A DNA stretch of 64,000 nucleotides from Thermoplasmatota archaeon (GCA_041601615.1 JBFIHX010000002.1:32001-96000), one strand, 5' to 3'; shown: positions 46,734 through 56,853, counted from the first letter of the stretch. Program-made: numbers and translations. The notes: a model not told the origin generated them from the sequence alone.

Positions 46734-47246
46734 ATGAAGTCTCTGAATCCCGCCCGCATAACGCTACCATTCCTGGCCTTGGCCATGCTCGCCGTGCCCG
46801 TCGCTTCCGCCCAAGACGACGCATGCAGCCAAAGCGATCCATGCCCCTGGGCCCTAGACGTCTACGAGGCAGGCTTCGATGTTTCCGATGAGAGCCTGAA
46901 TGCCACCATCGACGACTGGTACACCCTGAACATCTTCAACCTTGACGACGTTGCGCACACCATCACCCTCGAAGGCCACGGCGTGCAAGTCACCGTCGCG
47001 CCCCTGGAGGAAGCCACATCCGCGCCCTTCCAGCTCACCCAAGCCGGCGTATTCAGCCTCGACGACGAACCCACTGGTGATTTCGTACTGGTCCAGGTCT
47101 TTGAAACGGACGTCGTGGACGAAGAAGCGGATGCCGCCACCACGGCCGCAGGAAACGAAGACGCCGTAGGCAAGGACCAACCGCTGCCACTCACAGTGGC
47201 CCTGGGAGCGCTGCTTGTTTCGGCGTTCCTTTTGCGCCGACGCTAG
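46734..47246 (+). CDS. Secreted cupredoxin-like protein with C-terminal anchor
   Basis: FNLDDVAHTITL, AGVF; ends QPLPLTVALGALLVSAFLLRRR. Confidence 0.65.
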   Translation: MKSLNPARITLPFLALAMLAVPVASAQDDACSQSDPCPWALDVYEAGFDVSDESLNATIDDWYTLNIFNLDDVAHTITLEGHGVQVTVAPLEEATSAPFQLTQAGVFSLDDEPTGDFVLVQVFETDVVDEEADAATTAAGNEDAVGKDQPLPLTVALGALLVSAFLLRRR

Positions 47247-47331
47247 TTCCCATGGATTGCCCCGGCCGATGGCACCGTGTTGCCCCCGTTTCCGTGCGCT
47301 CCGCCCCTGTCGCCGGTCTCTCGTCGCGCAT

Positions 47332-48600
47332 TCAAGAGGAGAGCAGGTCCTTGTGGATCTGGCCGTCCTTGATGATCAAGAGGAAGTTTTTGACCGGGTC
47401 CGCGACGACCTTCAGATCCTCCAGGGGGTTGCCCTCCACGAGCAACAAATCCGCCATGGCACCCGTCTCGATGACGCCGACCTTGCCGGGGTACGGATTG
47501 CGCGGGCCGGACAATTGAATCAATTCGGAGGCGTTTCCGGTGGCTTGCCGCAGCGCTTCAAGGGGCGTAAACCAGGTGCCAAGACTTGCCAGCATCGCGT
47601 TTTGGTGTGCCGGGAAGGAGCCATCTCCTAGGTGCAAGTCGGTGCCGAAGGCAATCTTGACTCCGAGTCGTTTGGCCTCCTTGTACATGGCCTGGGTCGC
47701 CTTGGCCACTGCCTTGCGCTTCGGGTTTTTGGTGCCGGGAAACTCAAACGGTTGGGTGCTTAGCCAGATGCCCTCGGCGGCCATGATTTTCATGGTGGAC
47801 TCCGTCAAGTGGTGCCCGTGCTCGATCACCTTCACGCCAGCCCTGATGCTGCGCTGGGCGGCTTCGTCGTGGTAGCAGTGGACGGCAACGTAGGTGTTCC
47901 AATCCCGCGCCGCCGCCACCGCCGCTTCGATTTCCGCGGTGGTGAATTGGCTCACATCCAAGGGGTCGTAGACGCCGGAAGCACTTCCGCTGGTGGCGAG
48001 TTTGATCTGCGAAGCGCCCTTGCGAAGGTTTTCTCGGGTCGCCGCCAATACCCCTGCGACTCCGTCCACGACGCGGGCAAAACCGACGCGCTCAATGACA
48101 CTGGGGTCGCCGCCAAAGTGCCGGGCGCACATGCAGGGAAACACGTAGTCGCCGTGCCCAGAGGTCTGGGAGATCATCGCGCCGGACGGGTAGATGCGGG
48201 GGCCGGGAATGAATCGGTGGTCGATGGCTTTCTTGATGCCAAACACCGCGCCGGCCATGTCTCGGACGGTGGTGAAGCCACGCATCAGGGTCGCCTCCGC
48301 TTCCGCAACGGCCACCGCGACGTGGTAGTCGACGCTGTTGGTAAACAGGTCTTGCGGGGTGATGTTGGCAATGTAGGCGTGCCAGTGGCAGTCGATGAGG
48401 CCGGGCATCAATACGCGACCGCCGCCGTCAATGACCTTGGCACCCTCGCGCTCGGCGGCCGCAAACGGTCCCGCTTGGATGGCCTTGATGCGGTCGCCCT
48501 CGATGCGAACGGAGCCTTCCCTTAGCTCCTCGTGCGTGCCGTCAAAGATGCGGACGTTTTCGATCAGAATCGGGGCGGACGAGGGGGCTTGCGGTTGCAT
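47332..48600 (-). CDS. Metal-dependent amidohydrolase (Xaa-Pro dipeptidase-like)
   Basis: MPGLIDCHWH, GFTTVRD, SQTSGHGD, IEHG, FGTD. Confidence 0.92.
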   Translation of the reverse strand: MQPQAPSSAPILIENVRIFDGTHEELREGSVRIEGDRIKAIQAGPFAAAEREGAKVIDGGGRVLMPGLIDCHWHAYIANITPQDLFTNSVDYHVAVAVAEAEATLMRGFTTVRDMAGAVFGIKKAIDHRFIPGPRIYPSGAMISQTSGHGDYVFPCMCARHFGGDPSVIERVGFARVVDGVAGVLAATRENLRKGASQIKLATSGSASGVYDPLDVSQFTTAEIEAAVAAARDWNTYVAVHCYHDEAAQRSIRAGVKVIEHGHHLTESTMKIMAAEGIWLSTQPFEFPGTKNPKRKAVAKATQAMYKEAKRLGVKIAFGTDLHLGDGSFPAHQNAMLASLGTWFTPLEALRQATGNASELIQLSGPRNPYPGKVGVIETGAMADLLLVEGNPLEDLKVVADPVKNFLLIIKDGQIHKDLLSS

Positions 48601-48717
48601 CGAAGGTCCTTCTGGAAACGCCGGAGATCCGTGACGGCTCCGGCTTGCTGGGACCATTTGGGGCTAGGATATAGAATGCGGACCCAGCAAGGCGTCGACA
48701 GGGCTAGGAAGCGCGGT

Positions 48718-49650
48718 TCAGTCGAGGAGGCCCAGTTCTTCGTCAGGTTCGGTGATGCTGCAGCTGCCGATGCTGAACGGCACTTCGACGCTGGCTAGAC
48801 CCAAGTCGCCCAAGCCCATCTTGTGGTTGCGCCAGGAGACGCCGCCGCTGAATCCGAAGGCGCTGGCGTCGGTCTCGCCAATGCAGGCCGCCAATTCTGC
48901 GCCCGCCAGGCCCTTGCTCTGGGCCAAGCGCAAGCCGACTGCGAGGCCCAAAAATCCAGCGGTGTTGCCGTGTGCCGGGTCGACCACTGCGTGATGCAGG
49001 CCCTGCGTCGCCTTGAATGGGATGCCGTAGTTGGACATAGCCGGCAGAATCGCTGCGAGCGTCTCGGGCCCAAGGGCGGTGGGGCCAGCACAACGTACTT
49101 TGAGGCCCACCGGAGGCAGTTCCGTGTCTTCGTTGATGGCGTCCAGCAGCGTCATCATTCGTTCCAAGCCACTGTCGGCCCACTGTGCTTCGGTCCAGCG
49201 CGGCTCGATGTACAGGTAGACTTCGGAGTCGCGCATCAAGTGGCGAGCCACGGCGAGGGTGGCCGCGATGGCGCCGGGGCCGTCTTTGAGCGTGTCGTCG
49301 AAGGTCATTTCGAGCGCCGTGATGAACCGAGGATAGTCTGCTTGCGAACCCTCTTCGTTCCAGGCCGTCACGAGGCGAGCGGCGTCTTCGGCGTGGGCAA
49401 TGGGAATGCCGACGAGGCAGACTTGGCATTCCCGTTCGGGGCTCCAGCCGGCAGCTTCTAGGGCTTCGTCCGTCAACAAGTCGAGGTCGGCTTTGTTCAG
49501 GACCATGTCGGCGCCCAAGAGCCCCGGCTCGGCAAGGTCCTCTTCGAAATCCGCCGCGTCCTTGAGTGCCTCTTCGAAGCTCTTGCTGGCGGGCGGGAAC
49601 ATGCCAGCGTGGTCGAATACGCCTTCAAGGAGGGCAGCGCGGGCGTCCAT
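48718..49650 (-). CDS. Conserved hypothetical protein coupled to FAH
   Basis: DHAGMFPP, KVRCAG, PFKATQGLHH, GFL, SIGSCSITEP; 2 bp downstream of FAH. Confidence 0.8.
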   Translation of the reverse strand: MDARAALLEGVFDHAGMFPPASKSFEEALKDAADFEEDLAEPGLLGADMVLNKADLDLLTDEALEAAGWSPERECQVCLVGIPIAHAEDAARLVTAWNEEGSQADYPRFITALEMTFDDTLKDGPGAIAATLAVARHLMRDSEVYLYIEPRWTEAQWADSGLERMMTLLDAINEDTELPPVGLKVRCAGPTALGPETLAAILPAMSNYGIPFKATQGLHHAVVDPAHGNTAGFLGLAVGLRLAQSKGLAGAELAACIGETDASAFGFSGGVSWRNHKMGLGDLGLASVEVPFSIGSCSITEPDEELGLLD

Positions 49651-49652
49651 GG

Positions 49653-50660
49653 TTAGACCTCGGCCTTCTTCATTTCGTGGTCGATGACTCCAAAGACGCT
49701 GCGGCCGTTTTGCTGCACGTCGATGCGCACAGTCTCTCCAAAGCTCATGAAGGGGGTTTTGGGCGCGCCGTGGTGGATGGTTTCCAGCATGCGCACTTCC
49801 GCGATGCAGGAGGCGCCTCGGGATTCGTCTTCGTTGCTGACGGTGCCGGAGCCAATGATGGTGCCGTGGGGCAGCGGGCGGGTCTTGGCGGCGTGTTCGA
49901 TCAACTCGCCAAAGCCGAAGAACATCTCGGGACCGGCGTCGGGGTCGCCGTGCTTTTCTCCGCTGCGCCAGGATTCCATTTTGAGGTGGATGCGACCGTC
50001 TTTCCAGGCGTCGCCGATTTCGTCGGGGGTCACGGCGAAGGGCGCAAAGTGCGTCGGGGGTTTGCCGTGGAAGAAGCCGAAGCCGGCCTTGAGTTCGCGG
50101 GGAATTAGGTTGCGCAGGCTTACGTCGTTCATGGCGCAAAGGAGCTTGACGTGCTTGATTGCGTCGGCGGCTTTGGTGCCCATGGGAACGGCATCCAGAA
50201 CAACGCCCACTTCGGCTTCAAAGTCGATGCCGTAGTCTTCAGAGGGCACGAGGACCGGGTCGTTGGGGCCGTAGAGCGGGTCGCTCACGCCTTGGTACAT
50301 GAGTGGGACCGTGCGCAGGTCTTCGGGGGGCTCGGCGCCGCGTGCTTTGCGAACGAGGATGATGTGCTGGATGTAGGCGCTGCCATCGACCCAGCAAGTG
50401 GTCCGGGGCAGGGGGGCCATCCATTCGATGCTGTCCAGCGCCATGGCGTCGGGCCAGTCGCCGGCCTTGAGTTGGGCATCGATGGCGCGAAGTTTGGGTT
50501 CGAGGTTGTCCCAGTCTTGCATGGCCCAGAAGAGCGTGGGGGCCACGTCTTCGGGCACGAGTGCGGCGGTTCCAGCTTCATCGTTGACTACGACGAGGCG
50601 CCCGTCGCGCTCTTGCCAGAAGTCCTTCGGTTCCTGGACTTTCATCGTTCCCAGCTTCAT
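49653..50660 (-). CDS. Fumarylacetoacetate hydrolase family protein
   Basis: RDGRLVVV, DGSAY, DFEAE, NDVSLRNL, GSGTVSN. Confidence 0.93.
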   Translation of the reverse strand: MKLGTMKVQEPKDFWQERDGRLVVVNDEAGTAALVPEDVAPTLFWAMQDWDNLEPKLRAIDAQLKAGDWPDAMALDSIEWMAPLPRTTCWVDGSAYIQHIILVRKARGAEPPEDLRTVPLMYQGVSDPLYGPNDPVLVPSEDYGIDFEAEVGVVLDAVPMGTKAADAIKHVKLLCAMNDVSLRNLIPRELKAGFGFFHGKPPTHFAPFAVTPDEIGDAWKDGRIHLKMESWRSGEKHGDPDAGPEMFFGFGELIEHAAKTRPLPHGTIIGSGTVSNEDESRGASCIAEVRMLETIHHGAPKTPFMSFGETVRIDVQQNGRSVFGVIDHEMKKAEV

Positions 50661-51043
50661 GCTCGATGGCGACAGGTGCTCCCGATATGACGGTGCCGCA
50701 CCCGGCGGGCGGATGGCCTTGGAGTTGAGCTTGCGGGCTGGGCCAAGGCAAACTCTGGCCACCTGCAGGCCCTTGAGGACAGCGCCGGGGCATGTGTTGA
50801 AGGTGAAATCGCGGGGGTGTGGGGAGGGGTGGATCTTGCCGAATCAGGCATCGCGGCGCACAGGTGCGGGCCAATTCTGCAAGGATAAACCATTCGTGCT
50901 ACAACATACTAGCAAACCACATTCAACCCACAGATATAATGAACCAATAACGGCCGAATAGGCCCCTTAATTGACCATTAGTTGGGCAATACGTCAACAA
51001 AATTGATGTACATGTGTAAAGAATGGCTGTTCGGGTAACCACC

Positions 51044-51286
51044 ATGCAACCCAAACACCTAGCCATCGCAGCCTGCCTCGCCATCCTAGTCGCCCCCACC
51101 GCCCTCGCGTCCCCAACCTCCCTCCTCGAGACAGAACCGGCGCCCCCCGGCGGCAACTGCTCCGGCGACATCGACTTTGCCTGTTTCCACTGGGAATGCA
51201 CCAACACCTTCTGCATTCGCTTGTTCTGCCCCGTCTACCTGCGCCATGGAAACCATGCAGGCAACACCCTCGCAGGCTGCTTCTAG
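51044..51286 (+). CDS. Small secreted 6-Cys peptide (80 aa)
   Basis: Signal ...LVAPTALA; mature CSGDIDFAC...C...C...C...C. Confidence 0.7.
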   Translation: MQPKHLAIAACLAILVAPTALASPTSLLETEPAPPGGNCSGDIDFACFHWECTNTFCIRLFCPVYLRHGNHAGNTLAGCF

Positions 51287-51458
51287 ACCGGCCCAGATCC
51301 CTCCACCATTCCCCCCGCACCCTTTTGCACATCCAACCGGCCGGACGAGCACAAAACCGTCTCGCAAAACCCCACTCGCCTGCCCTCCAGCGGGCCCCAA
51401 AGCGCCGAGACCAACACCTCCTCTTTTCCAATGACTCCCACTGGCCCGCCACCGCAGC

Positions 51459-53021
51459 ATGACCGACGACCTTGATCTGTCCCGATTCGAGACCCCCATC
51501 ATCCTTCGCAAGGCCACCCCTGACGATTTCGAGGCCATCATTGCACTCCAACTGCGCTGCTTTCCCGGCATGAAGACTTGGAAAGTCCAACAATTGGAAG
51601 CACACCACGCCATGTTCCCAGAAGGACAGTTCGTGGTCGAAGTGGAAGGCACCATCGTGGGCAGCGCCAGCAGCCTCGTGGTGGACTTGGACGAACACGG
51701 CGAACACCACACCTTCGACGAAGTCACCGCCGGCGGCAGCCTAGGCACCCACGACCCCGACGGGCCCGACCTGTACGGCATCGAAGTGATGGTCGACCCC
51801 GAATACCGCGGCATGCGCATCGGCCAGCGGCTCTACGAAGCACGCCAAGAACTCTGCATGCAACTAGACCTGCGCCGCATCGTCATCGCTGGCCGAATGC
51901 CCGGCTACGCCAAACACGCCGACAGCATGACGCCCCGCGAATACGTCCAAGCCGTCATGCGCAACGACCTCTACGACCCCGTCCTCGGATTCCAGGTACG
52001 CAACAGCTTCGTCCCCAAGCGCATCCTCCAAGGCTACCTGCCCAACGACGAAGAAAGCAAGGGATTCGCCGTGCTGATGGAATGGAACAACATCGAACAC
52101 CGAGCCAACACACGCCGCTTCAAAGCCGCTCAACCCGTGCGCATCTGCATCATCCAATACAAACTGCGCAAAATCACCTCCTTCGAAGACTTCGCCAGGC
52201 AAACCGAATACTTCGTAGACGTGGCCGCCAACTACCGCAGCGACTTCGCCGTATTCCCCGAACTCCTCACCACCCAGCTACTCTCTTCCATTCAAGAAAA
52301 AGCGCCTGCGCGAAGTGTGCGCGAATTGACCAAGCACACGGATGAGTACATGCGCCACTTCACCGACCTCGCGGTGCGCTACAACATCAACATCATCGGC
52401 GGCAGCCACATCGTCGAGGAAGAAGGCCGCTTGCACAACGTGGCATTCCTGTTTCGACGCGACGGCACCATCGACCGCCAAGAAAAGGTCCACATCACGC
52501 CCAACGAACGACGCTGGTGGGGCATCGACGCCGGCAACGAAATCCGCGTCCTGGAAACCGACGTGGGCCCCGTCGCCATCTGCATCTGCTACGACGTGGA
52601 ATTCCCAGAAATGGCCCGCCTCGCCGTGGATCGAGGAGCCCGCATCCTGTTCGTACCCTACTGCACAGAAGACCGCCAAGGCCACCTACGAGTGCGCTAC
52701 TGCGCCCAAGCACGCGCCGTGGAAAACCAAGTGTACGTGGTCACCGCCGGCACCGTTGGCAACCTCCCCGACACCCAAAACATGGACATCCAGTACGCCC
52801 AATCCGCCATCTTCACGCCCAGCGACTTCGCATTCCCTCGCGACGGACTTGCCGCCGAAGCGACCGCCAACGTGGAGACCGTCGTGGTGGGCGACGTGGA
52901 CCTCGAAGTGCTGCGACGCAACCGGCGCTCCGGCACCGTGATGCAGCTGCGCGACCGGCGCCACGACCTTTACGGCATCATCGACCACAAAACGCAGGAC
53001 TCGGCGACGAAAATCTCCTAG
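51459..53021 (+). CDS. GNAT plus carbon-nitrogen hydrolase fusion (YhcX-like)
   Basis: VDPEYRGMRIG; FPE, KVHITPNE, ICYDVEFPE, ARAVEN. Confidence 0.93.
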   Translation: MTDDLDLSRFETPIILRKATPDDFEAIIALQLRCFPGMKTWKVQQLEAHHAMFPEGQFVVEVEGTIVGSASSLVVDLDEHGEHHTFDEVTAGGSLGTHDPDGPDLYGIEVMVDPEYRGMRIGQRLYEARQELCMQLDLRRIVIAGRMPGYAKHADSMTPREYVQAVMRNDLYDPVLGFQVRNSFVPKRILQGYLPNDEESKGFAVLMEWNNIEHRANTRRFKAAQPVRICIIQYKLRKITSFEDFARQTEYFVDVAANYRSDFAVFPELLTTQLLSSIQEKAPARSVRELTKHTDEYMRHFTDLAVRYNINIIGGSHIVEEEGRLHNVAFLFRRDGTIDRQEKVHITPNERRWWGIDAGNEIRVLETDVGPVAICICYDVEFPEMARLAVDRGARILFVPYCTEDRQGHLRVRYCAQARAVENQVYVVTAGTVGNLPDTQNMDIQYAQSAIFTPSDFAFPRDGLAAEATANVETVVVGDVDLEVLRRNRRSGTVMQLRDRRHDLYGIIDHKTQDSATKIS

Positions 53022-53069
53022 GACCCACCCCACCCGCGTCAAAAGCCCGGCGCCGGGCCCGCTGCTCGT

Positions 53070-53651
53070 TCAGTCGCTCCAGCTACTGCGCATGCGCTCC
53101 ACCTGCGCCTCCATCTTCATCAACAAGTCCTGGAGCTTACTGGCCGCCTTCTCTGCCTTCGGCTCCAAATCTTGGTTGCACAGAACATTGACGTAGTTTT
53201 GTGCCGCCGCAAGCGTATTGGCGTGGTCGTGGAACAAGTCCACGATTTCCTTGCGACCAATCGCGGTGGCACGATCCACGGGGCCAGGCGGCGCATCGCC
53301 TAGAAACCGCTCCAATACGTCCGCCAGTTGCTGCTGCGTAAACGGCTTGGGCAGTGAACCCCAAGCGCCGTGCTTGCGCGCCAATTGCTCCAGTTGCGGA
53401 TTGGCCGAGAAAAACACAAGCGGCACGTCGGCGGTGGCCGGATGGGACTTGATGTTGGCAACGAGCCCAGAGAGACTGATGCCGGCCATTTTCAAATCCT
53501 GCAAAATGAGGTCCAGTGGCGCCTTTTCGGCCGCTTCAAACAACAGATCAGGATCCTGCACGGCGATCGGTTCGTGCCCGAGCAGTTCCAATTGCATGAC
53601 CATGGACTCCAATACGTCGGCGTCGTCGTCGGCAATGAGAATACGGGCCAT
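53070..53651 (-). CDS. Response regulator receiver with HisKA-like C-terminus
   Basis: ILIADDD, ILQDLKM, FSA, PKPF; FHDHANTL helix. Confidence 0.85.
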   Translation of the reverse strand: MARILIADDDADVLESMVMQLELLGHEPIAVQDPDLLFEAAEKAPLDLILQDLKMAGISLSGLVANIKSHPATADVPLVFFSANPQLEQLARKHGAWGSLPKPFTQQQLADVLERFLGDAPPGPVDRATAIGRKEIVDLFHDHANTLAAAQNYVNVLCNQDLEPKAEKAASKLQDLLMKMEAQVERMRSSWSD

Positions 53652-53941
53652 GGTCCTGCCAAACTTGTCTTGAAGGCTCTTGAACCCATCGGACCACGTT
53701 CACGAGCCCCAATCGCCCCATGCCGCGGGCAAAAACGCGCCCGGAGAAGCAACTTCGACCCAACCTCCAGCATCCGCCGAGCCAACACTGCGGCACAGAA
53801 TCAACCCATCCTGCAAGCCCCACGCCCGCCACCCCCAATTCCTGCCAAATCAACCATTTGCTTGCCCGATTTCACCAAATCCATATCTGCTAAAACCTAG
53901 GAAGCCACCAAGACGTTCAAGACCCATCAAGTCATCCCACC

Positions 53942-54607
53942 ATGATGAGCGAAACGATGGACCGCCGCGTCTTCCTTCGCAATACGGCACTTGTAGCAGG
54001 AGGTGCTGCCGTCGGAGGATTCGGTGTCCTCGCGTTCCAAGCCGCAACCGATGCTGAAACCCCAACCGCGCCGGCACCCATCACGCACCCCGGCACCACC
54101 ACGCCCGTGCGCATCGCGGACCTCCAAGGCCCCATGCCCTCCTTGGTCGCTGCTGAATTTGCAGGAAAATCGGCAATCGTGCTCAAAGTACCCCTCGCAA
54201 CGCTGCGCGCCGCCGCCGACGCCAGAGGCTACGACACGGGACAGTACGCAGTGCGCCACCCCGATGAGCCCGACGCAGCACTCCTCGTGTATGATGGGCA
54301 ATGTACGCACCTAGGCTGTATCGTGGGATGGGACCAACGGCTCGGCGCAAGCCTCGATTTTCCCGACTACGACGAGGACGGCAAAGAGGACGGACGGCTC
54401 CTGTGCCCATGCCACCAATCACAATTCGACGTGTATGACCTTGCCAACAACCTCCCTGGCATGCCGGCAAAACGACCGCTCGACGTGATTCCCTTCCTCA
54501 TCATGCCCTCCAAGGACGGCGCATACCTCGTGGGCGAGCGCCGCATCCGACAGGACTCGACGCGAGCGGCAGACACGCGGGGCGCGGGGGCGGAGTTCAG
54601 TCTCTAG
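53942..54607 (+). CDS. Tat-exported Rieske [2Fe-2S] protein
   Basis: DRRVFL Tat motif; CTHLGC and CPCHQS; PAKRPL. Confidence 0.9.
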   Translation: MMSETMDRRVFLRNTALVAGGAAVGGFGVLAFQAATDAETPTAPAPITHPGTTTPVRIADLQGPMPSLVAAEFAGKSAIVLKVPLATLRAAADARGYDTGQYAVRHPDEPDAALLVYDGQCTHLGCIVGWDQRLGASLDFPDYDEDGKEDGRLLCPCHQSQFDVYDLANNLPGMPAKRPLDVIPFLIMPSKDGAYLVGERRIRQDSTRAADTRGAGAEFSL

Positions 54608-54622
54608 TCCAATCCCCGAACG

Positions 54623-55276
54623 CTAACGCCCCGGCACGTTGCCCCAAACAAGCTTGTGCAATTGTACGCCCACATGAACCGGCAGCGCCTCGGTCTCGGC
54701 AAGAAGCCACTCCGTAATGTGTCCAAGCTCTACGCCTCCGACGGGATTGAAGTAGACGGGGCAGGGCGGCAGGCCACGTTCGCGCAGCATCGCAACGGCG
54801 TAGTCGTAGTCCGTGCGGTCGGCGATGACGAATTTGAGTTGGTCCGAGGCACGCAGCAAGAGCATGTGCTCCGGCTTGTTCTTGGCCGATTCTCCACTGC
54901 TTGGGCACTTGACGTCCATGCTGATGCACAACCGAGCGCGGGCTTCGGGCGGGTAGGCGTTGGCGCGGCCGAAGTCTAGGTTGCCGGCAGTTTCTACGAG
55001 CACTCCGTAACCGTCCGCCAGGAGCCGGTCCATGAAGTCCCAGGCCTCCTTTTGCAGCAACGGCTCGCCGCCGGTGAAACAGACTTCCTTGGTGGGTTGT
55101 GCGCGCACGAACTCGATGACCTCGTCCAGTTTGCGCTCTTCGCCGCCCGTGAAGGTGTAGGCGGCGTCGCACCAGGAGCAACGCAAGTGGCACCCGGTGG
55201 TGCGCACGAACGTCGTCGGGATGCCGGCGCGGCGGCCCTCGCCTTGGATGCTGTAAAACATCTCAGTGATGCGCAC
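54623..55276 (-). CDS. queE: 7-carboxy-7-deazaguanine synthase (radical SAM)
   Basis: EMFYSIQGEG, CHLRCSWCD, TGGEPLLQ, QLHK. Confidence 0.95.
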   Translation of the reverse strand: MRITEMFYSIQGEGRRAGIPTTFVRTTGCHLRCSWCDAAYTFTGGEERKLDEVIEFVRAQPTKEVCFTGGEPLLQKEAWDFMDRLLADGYGVLVETAGNLDFGRANAYPPEARARLCISMDVKCPSSGESAKNKPEHMLLLRASDQLKFVIADRTDYDYAVAMLRERGLPPCPVYFNPVGGVELGHITEWLLAETEALPVHVGVQLHKLVWGNVPGR

Positions 55277-55312
55277 AACCCGTTCGAGCCGGCACCTGAT
55301 TTCAGGGTTTGC

Positions 55313-56095
55313 CTAGGTTGACTCTTCCAGCTCTTCCATATCGTCGTGGGCGCCGGGCGTGCTTTTGGGCACGTTGAATGCCAGCTTGATGAGGACCGGA
55401 ATCAGGAACAGGCCGAGGGTGAAGGCGATGCTGAACCCGTCGTGGATTTCGTAGCCGTGGCCGTCGTTGAACCGGGACCAGCCGAGGATGAGTTTGATAC
55501 CCACGAACGAGACCGCGATGTAGGCCATGTGTTCCAGCAGCGGGAGCCAGTCCATGACGCGCACCACGAAGGAGGCGGCAAAGCGCAGGGCCAGGATGCC
55601 GATGACGCTGGCGATGATGATGAGATAGAGTCTGTCAGGGTGCGGGTAGTCCTCCACGAAGCCGACGGCCGCCACGACCTGATCGAGCGCAAAGGCGAGG
55701 TCCACCAGTTCAATTTGGATGATGGTGGCAACGAACGCCGGCACGCCTAGCCGCATGAGCCAAGTGGGCGCACTTTCGGGTGCCGCGTGGGCATGCTCCG
55801 GTTTGTGCTGGAGCACGTGCATGAGATGACGAATTCCCAGATACAACAGGTAGGCGCCACCGATGAGCTTCAGCCATTCGTTTTTGAGCAGGAACGCGGC
55901 AAGCAAGATGGCGGTGATGCGCAGGACGTAGGCGCCGACGAGACCGTACAGGAGCGCCTTTTTGCGGTCCTTCTTGGGCAACCTGCGAACCAGCGCCGCG
56001 AGGATGGCGGCGTTGTCGAACGAGAGCACGGCCTCCAGGACCAGCAGCGTTCCGACCACGAGTGCGTATTCCCCAAAAACCTCCATGGACACCAT
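55313..56095 (-). CDS. TerC family membrane protein
   Basis: LEAVLSFDNA, GAYVLR, VDLAFALD; start overlaps the queC stop. Confidence 0.92.
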   Translation of the reverse strand: MVSMEVFGEYALVVGTLLVLEAVLSFDNAAILAALVRRLPKKDRKKALLYGLVGAYVLRITAILLAAFLLKNEWLKLIGGAYLLYLGIRHLMHVLQHKPEHAHAAPESAPTWLMRLGVPAFVATIIQIELVDLAFALDQVVAAVGFVEDYPHPDRLYLIIIASVIGILALRFAASFVVRVMDWLPLLEHMAYIAVSFVGIKLILGWSRFNDGHGYEIHDGFSIAFTLGLFLIPVLIKLAFNVPKSTPGAHDDMEELEEST

Positions 56096-56787
56096 CAGCG
56101 CACCTCGTACTGAATCGGGTCTACGGCGCCGGCCTCTTCAAACCCGCGTAGTCGAAGCGTGCAGGATTCGCAGGTGCCGCACGCTCGGTCGCCGCCTCGG
56201 TAGCAACTCCAAGTCAAGTGCAACGGGGCATCGTGTTCGGTGCCGGCGCGAACGATGTCGGCCTTGGTCATTTCCACGAGAGGCGCCAAGAGCCGGGGGC
56301 CTGCGCCTTCGATTCCTTGCTTGGTGGCAAGATCTGCGACATGCTGCATGGCCGCGAGGTATTCGGGCCGGCAGTCGGGGTAGCCACTGTAGTCCATCGC
56401 GTTGATGCCAAGGAAAATCGCTTCGGCTTCGACCACTTCGGCGTAGGCGAGCGCGAAACTCAGAAAGACCGTATTGCGGGCAGGAACGTAGGTGACCGGG
56501 ATGCTGCCGCCAATCGCTTCTGGGTCCGTGGGCGCATCGGGCACCGCAAGATCTGCGTCCGTGAGCGCCGACCCGCCAAGCCGTCCCAGCGGCAGGGACA
56601 ATATTTCGTGGCGCTTGACACCTAGGGCAGAGGCGACGGCACGAGCGCATTCCAATTCTCGGCGGTGCCGCTGGCCATAGTCAAAGCTGAGGGCATACAA
56701 CTCGTAGCCTTCGCTCTTGGCGATGGCCGCACTGGTCGTGCTGTCAAGGCCGCCGGACAGGAGAACGACCGCCTTCTTGGCTGCCAC
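56095..56787 (-). CDS. queC: 7-cyano-7-deazaguanine synthase
   Basis: SGGLDS, YGQRH, TYVPARN, YPDCR, SCY...CGTCESC. Confidence 0.96.
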   Translation of the reverse strand: MAAKKAVVLLSGGLDSTTSAAIAKSEGYELYALSFDYGQRHRRELECARAVASALGVKRHEILSLPLGRLGGSALTDADLAVPDAPTDPEAIGGSIPVTYVPARNTVFLSFALAYAEVVEAEAIFLGINAMDYSGYPDCRPEYLAAMQHVADLATKQGIEGAGPRLLAPLVEMTKADIVRAGTEHDAPLHLTWSCYRGGDRACGTCESCTLRLRGFEEAGAVDPIQYEVR

Positions 56788-56853
56788 GCGGACGCCGAGT
56801 CCGGCGCTCGCCTTAAGGTCGCGGAATGGACTACTTGCCCGAACCGTAGCCAA

